Below, in pieces: positions 1-6,860 of a stretch of 64,000 nucleotides of DNA. Made by a program: the position numbers and the translations under genes. The DNA is taken from assembly GCA_045634485.1 (NCBI GenBank), contig JAZRAJ010000091.1, positions 166 through 64,165 of the forward strand. Direction: 5' to 3'. The stretch's first letter is position 1. Each line of letters begins with the position of its first letter. The DNA comes from Eubacteriales bacterium (lineage in GTDB: Bacteria > Bacillota > Clostridia > Oscillospirales > CAG-272). The notes below the pieces were generated by a model. It did not search any database. It was given only the letters and a program-made list of their open reading frames with translations, and was not told the origin of the DNA.

Positions 1-810
1 AAAAAGGCTCATGTTATCCTTGGCGAGTATTTTAAATACTTAACTCAACAAGAGCTGATAAATAAAAATCCTATGCTGTCCACACCGATGATTAAGAAAA
101 GCAATTTCTATGCGATGCAGGACAAGGAAGATTTGTCGACGAGCGAAACGGTAACGATTTTTACGGCGGAAGAAATAGAAAAATTGAAGGCTGAGGCAAA
201 TAAACAATACAAGACAGGGAAGAAGCTTTACCGCCAAGCGGGAGCGTATATTTTGATGCTCAACACGGGACTTCGAGCTGGCGAGATGTTGGGCGTTTTG
301 AACCGAGATATTGACCTTGTGGGGCGAGTTCTGCATCTTCAAAGGGGAGTAAAGGTCGTGAACAAACGCAACGGTGTGGAGCTTTTAGACGGCTCAACCG
401 AGGTCAAGGTTGGAAAGCTCAAAAGTGCGACGAGTAAGAGAGATATTCCGCTTAATGATGTTGCAATTCAAATGATAAAGGAGTTGCGAGATGAGTTCTA
501 CTTCGGAGAGGACAGTCCACTGATTTGCGACGAAAACGGAAATTACACCAAACCCGACTTGTTCCGCAGAAGATACCACCGACTCCTCGACGGAGCAGGG
601 ATAGAAAGCAAGGGTCTGCACTCGCTTCGGCATACATTCGCAACGAATCTCGTCAACGGAGTGAGGCAACCCGACGGAACGGTTAAGGCTCTGACCGTAA
701 GACAAGTCGCAGACCTGCTCGGACACTCAACAACGCAGGTGACCGAGATGTACTACGTTAAGAAGGATATGAAAATGCTCGACGGCGTGACGAATGATTT
801 TTGCCTATAA
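1..810 (+). CDS. int: tyrosine integrase, C-terminal 269 aa (5' end lies left of the window); copy 1 of 3
   Basis: Frame 1 is open from base 1 (KKAHVILGEYFKYLTQQELINKNPML...). It is collinear with aa 138-406 of the complete copies at 12957-14177 and 22471-23691. Catalytic-domain motifs: TGLRAGE, HSLRHTFATN, LLGHS, EMYYV. Confidence 0.92.
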   Translation, partial: KKAHVILGEYFKYLTQQELINKNPMLSTPMIKKSNFYAMQDKEDLSTSETVTIFTAEEIEKLKAEANKQYKTGKKLYRQAGAYILMLNTGLRAGEMLGVLNRDIDLVGRVLHLQRGVKVVNKRNGVELLDGSTEVKVGKLKSATSKRDIPLNDVAIQMIKELRDEFYFGEDSPLICDENGNYTKPDLFRRRYHRLLDGAGIESKGLHSLRHTFATNLVNGVRQPDGTVKALTVRQVADLLGHSTTQVTEMYYVKKDMKMLDGVTNDFCL

Positions 811-957
811 TGACTCAAAAATTGCGTCGGAGTAAGCAAAGAAAAAGGCGGTTGCGTGATGCAATCGCCGTAAAAATTGATGCTTTTTTGCATAATTGGA
901 AATTAATATATCATCAATATTATGTATATGAATTTAAAGTTTTAAGAATAATTGAAT

Positions 958-1539
958 TTATGCAGCATTTTTAAATATATCTTTTTGAATAATTAAATTT
1001 TTTCTTAATCGCAACAAAATATCCGAACGCTCTTTTTCTGTATAATTGGTATCAACTTCAATATTATTTGCATGTGCTAAAGTTTGTGTATGGCTACATA
1101 AGCAGTCTATGAGTGAAGCAAGTTCATTTGTTGAAAATTGTATGCAAATCTTTTTTCTTGAAGATTTTTCGAGGTTGTCCATAGCGGTGATTAAATTATC
1201 AATTATATCGTTTGTTAAATTTTGTTCATTAACGGCTACGATATATGCATTAAGATGTTCTTTAAACGAGTCTATCTTTTTTTGCTTGGACTTGTTTACT
1301 AAATGTATGGTTATACCTGTTACAGCAATTGTTAGAGTGGCAAGAGCAAAAACTCCAGCAGCGATGATTGCGGCATTGTTAGAGCTTTTTGAGTCATTTG
1401 TGCTTGATGTTGTATCGAGATGTTTAATTATACGGTTTGAAGTAGCATCTTTGGCTAATCCTGTTATGTTAATTTTGCCTGCAATATAGTCGTTGTAGAT
1501 GTTGGTAGGTACTACTATATGTGGTTGTATAATGGGCAT
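958..1539 (-). CDS. hypothetical single-pass membrane protein (193 aa), island cargo
   Basis: ORF 958-1653, with the start moved to ATG 1539, which is preceded by an AAGGAGAA RBS. One hydrophobic helix (AAIIAAGVFALATLTIAVTGITIHLV). No family recognised. Confidence 0.6.
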   Translation of the reverse strand: MPIIQPHIVVPTNIYNDYIAGKINITGLAKDATSNRIIKHLDTTSSTNDSKSSNNAAIIAAGVFALATLTIAVTGITIHLVNKSKQKKIDSFKEHLNAYIVAVNEQNLTNDIIDNLITAMDNLEKSSRKKICIQFSTNELASLIDCLCSHTQTLAHANNIEVDTNYTEKERSDILLRLRKNLIIQKDIFKNAA

Positions 1540-1632
1540 ATTAATTTCTCCTTCTTGTTTGATTAAAAATTGATACTTTTTTGATGCTGTACTAAATGGA
1601 AATAGTGTCACGGTATAGCACCGAAAAGAAAA

Positions 1633-1806
1633 GTGAAATATTTTGCTTCGCAAAATGTGAAATCTTCGCTCTGCTCAGGTGAAATCACTCACTTCGTTCG
1701 TGGTGAAATGAAATCCACCCACTCGCCGTAAGGCGAATTTCACTGTCCGAAGGACAATTTCACCGCCGTTTGAGGCGATTTCACCCACCCGATAGGGTGG
1801 ATTTCG
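1633..1806. repeat. phased heptamer array: 4x GTGAAAT then 3x ATTTCAC (+ATTTCG), 20-24 bp period, mostly palindromic spacers
   Basis: GTGAAAT at 1633, 1657, 1679, 1703. ATTTCAC at 1737, 1757, 1778. ATTTCG at 1801. Spacer examples: ATTTTGC-TTC-GCAAAAT, TGTCC-GAA-GGACA, CGCC-GTTTGA-GGCG, CCACCC-GATA-GGGTGG. A paralogous array lies at 16571-16744. Confidence 0.85.
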
Positions 1807-1809
1807 TTG

Positions 1810-1843
1810 AAAAAAGCCCAACGCGATTGCGTTAGGCTTTTTT
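1810..1843. terminator. bidirectional hairpin terminator abutting the tRNA-fragment repeat
   Basis: A6-AGCCCAACGC-GATT-GCGTTAGGCT-T5. An identical copy lies at 16748-16781. Confidence 0.6.
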
Positions 1844-1845
1844 CT

Positions 1846-1890
1846 TGGCAGGGGCGGGAGGACTCGAACCCGCGACCCACGGTTTTGGAG
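1846..1890 (-). repeat. 45-bp direct repeat = 3' part of tRNA-Trp (anticodon loop to CCA); att junction between island C and island B
   Basis: TGGCAGGGGCGGGAGGACTCGAACCCGCGACCCACGGTTTTGGAG is identical to 16784-16828 and to 23953-23997 inside the intact tRNA. The sequence diverges immediately beyond it. Confidence 0.95.
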
Positions 1891-2061
1891 TGGCTTCGAA
1901 GTCTTTAAAAGCCTTGAACTTGCTCGCTTTTTCGCACGGTTCAACGCACTTTCCAAACAAAACCACGTGTCATAATTGTGTCTGAAAAAAATTGATGCTT
2001 TTTTGATGCTATAAGAAATTTTTGAGTACATATTAGCCGTCAGCGTGATGTTGATGTTATG
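1891..2061. repeat. conserved integrase-distal island arm (non-coding)
   Basis: About 170 bp that align closely with 16829-17000, e.g. GCTCGCTTTTT(T)CGCACG(G/T)TTCAACGCACTTT and ACCACGTGTC(A/G)TAATTGTGTCTGAAAA. Contains TTGATGC-N5-TTGATGC at 1992-2010. Confidence 0.85.
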
Positions 2062-2090
2062 CAAAATTTGGGGCGCAATGCAAACAAAAG
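2062..2090 (+). repeat. cargo-slot boundary repeat, left copy, island B
   Basis: CAAAATTTGGGGCGCAATGCAAACAAAAG. Related copies at 12385-12414, 17001-17031 and 21932-21965. Confidence 0.8.
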
Positions 2091-2149
2091 CGATATTATT
2101 TTTGCTTTTAAAAATATGTAATCTTTTCTTTGCATTTTTGTAAAAAAAC

Positions 2150-2178
2150 TTGAAAAAATGTCGAAAACGTGCTATAAT
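2150..2178 (+). promoter_or_regulatory. sigma-A type promoter heading the WYL/dynamin cargo
   Basis: TTGAAA (2150-2155), 17-nt spacer, TATAAT (2173-2178). Confidence 0.6.
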
Positions 2179-2184
2179 AAAAGA

Positions 2185-2340
2185 GCCGCATAATCCGAAT
2201 AATTGTACCGTTAAGGGAAGATACTTTGATAAAAAGGTGTTTTCTCGTTCTTTTCATACCTTAACGGAGGAAAAAGGATTGTGTGGCAACAATCGAGATG
2301 CACTTTTTTGTGCGTCTCTGTATGGAGGCGCACTTTTTTG
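2185..2340 (+). ncRNA. structured leader or small RNA with mutually exclusive hairpins ending in a terminator
   Basis: Stem CCGTTAAGG (2208-2216) pairs with CCTTAACGG (2259-2267). Segment 1 is GAGATGCAC (2295-2303), segment 2 GTGCGTCTC (2310-2318), segment 3 GAGGCGCAC (2325-2333), followed by T6. Pairing 2:3 gives a terminator; pairing 1:2 competes with it. Confidence 0.4.
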
Positions 2341-2448
2341 TTAATAACTCGGATTATATGACTTTATTCTATTGTATCATTTCAATTAGACACACCTATG
2401 TCTTACTGTTTTGATAAAATAAAAACATCAAAAAAGGAGGCAATTTTC

Positions 2449-3420
2449 ATGGAGTCAACGCGACAAGACAGAGCTCTTGAAATCTTCTTCCGCGCCTTGC
2501 GAGGAGAGGATATTGTTGTTAATGAATTAGCGAATGAATATGGTGTGTCAACTAAAAGTATATCAAGAAATATAAGTGATTTAAAATCATTTCTTGCCGA
2601 CCACAGAGAGCTTGTCGGAAATACCGAGCTTGAGTATTCATATAAGGATAAATGTTATAGATTATATATGGACGAGTTCCTATCCAACAAGGAGTTATTT
2701 GCGCTTGTTGAGGTAATGATTGGTGCAAGAGCTTTTTCAAAAATGGAGCTTTTGACATTGATTGATAAATTAAGAAACTTTACAACGGTTGATGATAGAA
2801 GTAAGCTTAACGAGCTTATAAGAAATGAGATATATCATTATCCCGAGGTGAAGCACGATTGCGAGAGTATTCAAGACAGTCTTTGGCAGATTGTGAATTG
2901 TATTAACGAGTGTAAGGAAATTACGATTGAATATTATCGCATGGATAGGCGGTGGAAAACTCATCGTATTTGTCCTGTATCTGTAATGTTTACAGATTAC
3001 TATTTTTACCTTATTGCATTTATGGCGGAGGGAAAAAAGGACAAGCCGTATTATTTTAGACTTGATCGCATTAAGAATGTTACCGAGCATAGAAAAAAGT
3101 ATTCGGTTGACGAGATTCCTGAGTTTGATGAGGGCTTACTTCGTAAGCGTAGTACGTTTATGTGGCAAGGTAAGCTACGAACAGTTCGTTTCGAATTTAG
3201 CGGGCCATCGGTTCAAGCGGTTCTTGATAAGCTTCCAACCGCAAGAATTATTGAGCGACTTGGAGATGGAAAATATCTTATTGAGGCTGAAACCTACGGC
3301 GACGGAATCAAGATGTGGCTGCTGAGTCAGGGTAGCTGGGTTAAGGTAGTAGCACCACAGGAATTTGTGGAGGAGATAAAAGAAGAAATTAATGAAATGA
3401 GTAGTTATTACATCGAATAA
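2449..3420 (+). CDS. HTH-WYL-WCX transcriptional regulator (BrxR/CapW/PafBC-like architecture)
   Basis: AAGGAGG RBS 7 nt before ATG 2449. N-terminal HTH (NELANEYGVSTKSISRNISDLKSF). WYL-domain signature (ITIEYYRMD...RICPVSVMFTDYYFYLIAF...PYYFRLDRIKNV). C-terminal WCX-like tail (KVVAPQEFVEEIKEEI). Confidence 0.85.
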   Translation: MESTRQDRALEIFFRALRGEDIVVNELANEYGVSTKSISRNISDLKSFLADHRELVGNTELEYSYKDKCYRLYMDEFLSNKELFALVEVMIGARAFSKMELLTLIDKLRNFTTVDDRSKLNELIRNEIYHYPEVKHDCESIQDSLWQIVNCINECKEITIEYYRMDRRWKTHRICPVSVMFTDYYFYLIAFMAEGKKDKPYYFRLDRIKNVTEHRKKYSVDEIPEFDEGLLRKRSTFMWQGKLRTVRFEFSGPSVQAVLDKLPTARIIERLGDGKYLIEAETYGDGIKMWLLSQGSWVKVVAPQEFVEEIKEEINEMSSYYIE

Positions 3421-3465
3421 TATTTGCCATTTTTTTAATGTTTTCACGTGTGAGGTAGAAATGAT

Positions 3466-5931
3466 ATGAAAGAAATCATATTGGCTAATGAAGTAAAAAA
3501 GATTCTCTCGTCATCCGAACAGAGAAAGCTTCGTTATGCCAGCGACTTAAACTGGTTAAATACATGGGAAAACTTATGGACAACAGACAGAATCCGTGTA
3601 GGCGTTGTCGGTGTTACGAGCAGCGGTAAATCAACTCTGATTAACGCTTTATTGGGCGACAATCTGTTGTCTGTTGCTGTTCGTCCTTCTTCCAGCCAAT
3701 TAGTGAGCTGTTCTTATGCAAAGGAACGCTCTGCTATAGTCTATTTCTTGGACGGCAAGAAAAAGAAAATCGGAGACAATGCACAGTTGAAAGATTCAAT
3801 CGTGCAGTATTCCGATGAAAGCTATAACAAGCGGAACGAAAAGCAGGTTGCCCAGCTTGAACTTTCTACGCCTAATTTTGACTTAGGCGAAGATGTTTTA
3901 TTGGTTGATAGCCCTGGCTTAGATGCAACCGGTTATGAAGCTCACGAAAAGCTGACCTTGGAAACGCTTCTTCCTACTGTCGATGTAGTCATCTTTGTTA
4001 CTACGGTCAAATCGGAAGTTGATAAGAAGATGAAGCAGACACTTGATACCATAGCAAAGTACAACTGCCCTGTGATGGTTGTTCAGAATATGCTTGATGC
4101 CGTTCGTCCGAGCGTTGATGGTAGAAAGAGTGCTGCCGACGTAGCTAAAGAGCGAATGAACCGAGTTCAATTAGCGGTAGAACAATCAAAGATAAAGAAT
4201 AAAAACGAAGTTAAAATCACTCAAATTTCCGCTGTTATGGCAATGCAATATCGTTGCCATAAAGAGCATAGCGAAGAAGAAACTCGTAATTTTAAGCGTT
4301 CCAGATATGAAACTTTTGTTGCCGGTGTAAAAGAATTGGTCGCATCTAAAAGACCGGAAATCGAAAAGCAGCGAGTGAAGACAATTTTGGAGCACATTGA
4401 GGAGCTTATTCGTCAAGAAGATAAGCGTACCCAAAATATCAGTACCAATATCCTTGTTGATAATACACTTTCTTCCGTATCCGAAAGTGTTACTGAAGCC
4501 TTGGACACTACATACGATGATATTCAAGGCGTTATTCAAGAATTACAGAGAATGTATGATAAATACTTCTCGGATAGCAACTCCACGAAAAAGAATAAGT
4601 CAACAGTTTCCTTTTTGGGGATTGCATCATCTCTATTCTCCTCCTCAAAGGATTCTCTTGATGAGGATGAAATCAAGGAAATCAAACGAGTAGTTAAGCT
4701 GTTTGAAACAAAGGTTGTCCAGAGTGTGCGTGGTTTCTCGACACAATGTTCAGCCGCAATCAAAAAATTAAATCTACCTACTCGTGATTTATGGAGTTAT
4801 AACGGACTTCCTCGTATGCCGGAAGTCGAAGTAAAAACCAAAACTGTAGAGCGCAGCAGAACGGTCAAGAAGAAAGGCTTCGGTCATACTCTCGGTAGAA
4901 TCTTTTCTTTGGGACTTTATAAAGGCACGGAAACAGAGCACTATACCGAAACTGTTGTTGACGATGAAGCAACACGGGAATCTGCCAAGCGTTATATTGA
5001 GCGACTTCAATTTGAATATGGCAAAACGCTCGAAGCTTGGCATACCAACGCTAAATCAACAGTTGCTTCTATACAGCAAGAAATCGACCTTCGTTTTGCA
5101 GCTATTCAAGAGAAAGAACAGCAAGTTATGGATGCTGCCGATTGGAAAGAAATCCGTGCGGCTCTTGAAAAGTACATGAGCGAATATGGTGGCATAAAGA
5201 CCCCTGTTGTACAAACGGAATCTACATCAAAAGAGCAACCACAAGAAACACAAGACAGCACCAAACTTATCAAGGTTTCTGCCCAAATTGCTCATTTACA
5301 TGATGCGGCTGAAAAATACCTTTTTGCCGTGCAGAGTTCCTCGTTTAATTACGCATTAGAAGCCAAAGAACGTAAAGGCTGTCCTGCTTTTGTAGTATCA
5401 AATAGCCCAGATAATTTAACGGACTTCCTTTATCGTTTCTACGGAATAAAAAAGAATGATTTCTCAAAGGAATCCATTCTACATCTTTCCGATGAGTTGA
5501 CCGTGGCTTGTTCCCCGACAGATGCTCAGTTGGAATCCTTGAAGCAACCGGCGACAGGCACGAACATTTTCCTGTTGATAAATGGCTTGCAGTTCCATAC
5601 CGAGTACGAAACAGCACTCCGTCATGCTGTTCAAGGGAACTTAAAAGATAATGATGCCCTGTTTTTCGTTATCCAAGATTTTGAAATATTGGCTAACGGA
5701 AATGCTATTACAGAGTGCATTAGAACCGTCCGGATGGAACAAGGTTCACACAAAGGCGTTGTTCTTATCAGCCATAAAAATCCCGTGTATAACATGGCTG
5801 TTATTCACGCTCAAACAACGGAAGGAAAACTCAAAGAAGAAACGATATTCTATAATTCTTTGACAACCAAGTTCCCATCATTGGTCGATGAAGTTGCAAA
5901 GAAACGTATAAACAACATATTGCGTACCTAA
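3466..5931 (+). CDS. dynamin-like GTPase A (821 aa) with an extra C-terminal alpha/beta-like domain
   Basis: G1 GVTSSGKSTLINALLG. G3 LLVDSPGLD. G4-like VVQNMLD. Long helical middle region. C-terminal ~220 aa unassigned. GAGGT RBS. Confidence 0.85.
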   Translation: MKEIILANEVKKILSSSEQRKLRYASDLNWLNTWENLWTTDRIRVGVVGVTSSGKSTLINALLGDNLLSVAVRPSSSQLVSCSYAKERSAIVYFLDGKKKKIGDNAQLKDSIVQYSDESYNKRNEKQVAQLELSTPNFDLGEDVLLVDSPGLDATGYEAHEKLTLETLLPTVDVVIFVTTVKSEVDKKMKQTLDTIAKYNCPVMVVQNMLDAVRPSVDGRKSAADVAKERMNRVQLAVEQSKIKNKNEVKITQISAVMAMQYRCHKEHSEEETRNFKRSRYETFVAGVKELVASKRPEIEKQRVKTILEHIEELIRQEDKRTQNISTNILVDNTLSSVSESVTEALDTTYDDIQGVIQELQRMYDKYFSDSNSTKKNKSTVSFLGIASSLFSSSKDSLDEDEIKEIKRVVKLFETKVVQSVRGFSTQCSAAIKKLNLPTRDLWSYNGLPRMPEVEVKTKTVERSRTVKKKGFGHTLGRIFSLGLYKGTETEHYTETVVDDEATRESAKRYIERLQFEYGKTLEAWHTNAKSTVASIQQEIDLRFAAIQEKEQQVMDAADWKEIRAALEKYMSEYGGIKTPVVQTESTSKEQPQETQDSTKLIKVSAQIAHLHDAAEKYLFAVQSSSFNYALEAKERKGCPAFVVSNSPDNLTDFLYRFYGIKKNDFSKESILHLSDELTVACSPTDAQLESLKQPATGTNIFLLINGLQFHTEYETALRHAVQGNLKDNDALFFVIQDFEILANGNAITECIRTVRMEQGSHKGVVLISHKNPVYNMAVIHAQTTEGKLKEETIFYNSLTTKFPSLVDEVAKKRINNILRT

Positions 5932-5954
5932 GAGGACGATGAAAGGAGATTGTC

Positions 5955-6860
5955 ATGCAATCTAAGGATATAGTAATGCAGGTTTCGGAAGAAACCGCTG
6001 AAGTAATGGAAGAAATATCAGAACAGCTTATGGAAGAATCTGATGCTCGTTTCGACGAAGTTGTGGAAGCCATCGAAGAAGCTGTAAAAAAAGTTGAAAG
6101 TCTCTATGCCGAGTTTACAGGCTATGCCGGTAATTCTAATAAGCAGCTAACATCAAACCAAGCGGAACTTATGGATAAGTTTGGTACTGTTTTGGATGCT
6201 ATTGGGGTGTTCAGAAAAGAAATTGGTGAACAAACAGTACAATCAAACGAAAAGGTTGATCGTTTGATTGTAATCATGGCTGATGTTCCCCAGCTCGTTC
6301 AAGCCGTTTCAAACAGCATCTCCGAATCCGCTGATGCGAGAGGCAAATTTGAAGCTACTCTTTTGGAAGATGTAAAGGGTCTTGCTCAAAGTCTTGTCGA
6401 ATTTCAGAAGCTTCAATCCGATGTTGTGGACAAGCTAAATGCTGATGACAGTCAAGAAAAGCTGATTTCTGCTCTAAATAAATTAACTGATATTGAAAAG
6501 GAAATTCTTCAAACCAAGGACGCTATCGGGAATGTTTCTGACACGCTTCGGAATTGTAGCACTCTTATCGAACAGCTTCTGTCCTCTGTGAAAGGCTTGC
6601 AGGAGAATGACGAAAAGATTCTTAATGTTGGTGAAGAAAACACCAAGAAGGCTGATGAGCTTGGAAAACAGACCGAGGAGACTTCAAAGCTACTCTTTGA
6701 AAAAATGGGCGATATATTGATCTATCTCGATACACTCTCCCATTCCGTTCAAACTATTTCGAAAAAGCAAAACGAACTCTGTGAAAAGCAAGCGGAGCTT
6801 GATAAAGATGTGAAATATTTGAAATTGCCATTCTTTAAAAGATGGTTTACGAAAGGATGA
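5955..6860 (+). CDS. acidic coiled-coil protein (301 aa) with a basic/aromatic C-terminal tail
   Basis: AAAGGAG RBS. E/D/Q/K-rich heptad-like sequence throughout. Ends in LKLPFFKRWFTKG. Its stop codon overlaps the next gene's start. Confidence 0.7.
   Translation: MQSKDIVMQVSEETAEVMEEISEQLMEESDARFDEVVEAIEEAVKKVESLYAEFTGYAGNSNKQLTSNQAELMDKFGTVLDAIGVFRKEIGEQTVQSNEKVDRLIVIMADVPQLVQAVSNSISESADARGKFEATLLEDVKGLAQSLVEFQKLQSDVVDKLNADDSQEKLISALNKLTDIEKEILQTKDAIGNVSDTLRNCSTLIEQLLSSVKGLQENDEKILNVGEENTKKADELGKQTEETSKLLFEKMGDILIYLDTLSHSVQTISKKQNELCEKQAELDKDVKYLKLPFFKRWFTKG

Larger units (their letters stand above)
1..1845. mobile_element. island C (right end only): integrase + 1 cargo gene + heptamer array
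   Basis: Bounded on the right by the 45-bp tRNA repeat at 1846-1890. The backbone is homologous to islands A and B. Confidence 0.8.

Noticed and set aside
1633-1806. CRISPR array interpretation of the heptamer repeats
   Set aside because: The conserved unit is only 7 bp and flips orientation mid-array. The spacers are 13-17 bp and palindromic. No cas genes are present in the window.
1846-1890. Possible additional tRNA genes or pseudogenes at 1846-1890 and 16784-16828
   Set aside because: Only the 3' 45 nt (anticodon loop to CCA) are present, and the upstream sequence cannot form the D-arm or acceptor stem. They are att direct repeats left by island integration, not genes.
1675-2064. 129-aa minus-strand ORF (and 16519-16731 / 16655-16855 on the plus strand) spanning the heptamer arrays and tRNA fragments
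   Set aside because: They run through the 45-bp tRNA repeat, a terminator and the GTGAAAT repeats, which produce artefactual CEI/FH repeats. They are not conserved in frame between the two copies.
2150-2344. 64-aa ORF upstream of the WYL gene
   Set aside because: It begins at a non-ATG codon inside the -35 hexamer and has no RBS. A second frame is equally open. The region is better explained by the promoter and the terminator/antiterminator hairpins.
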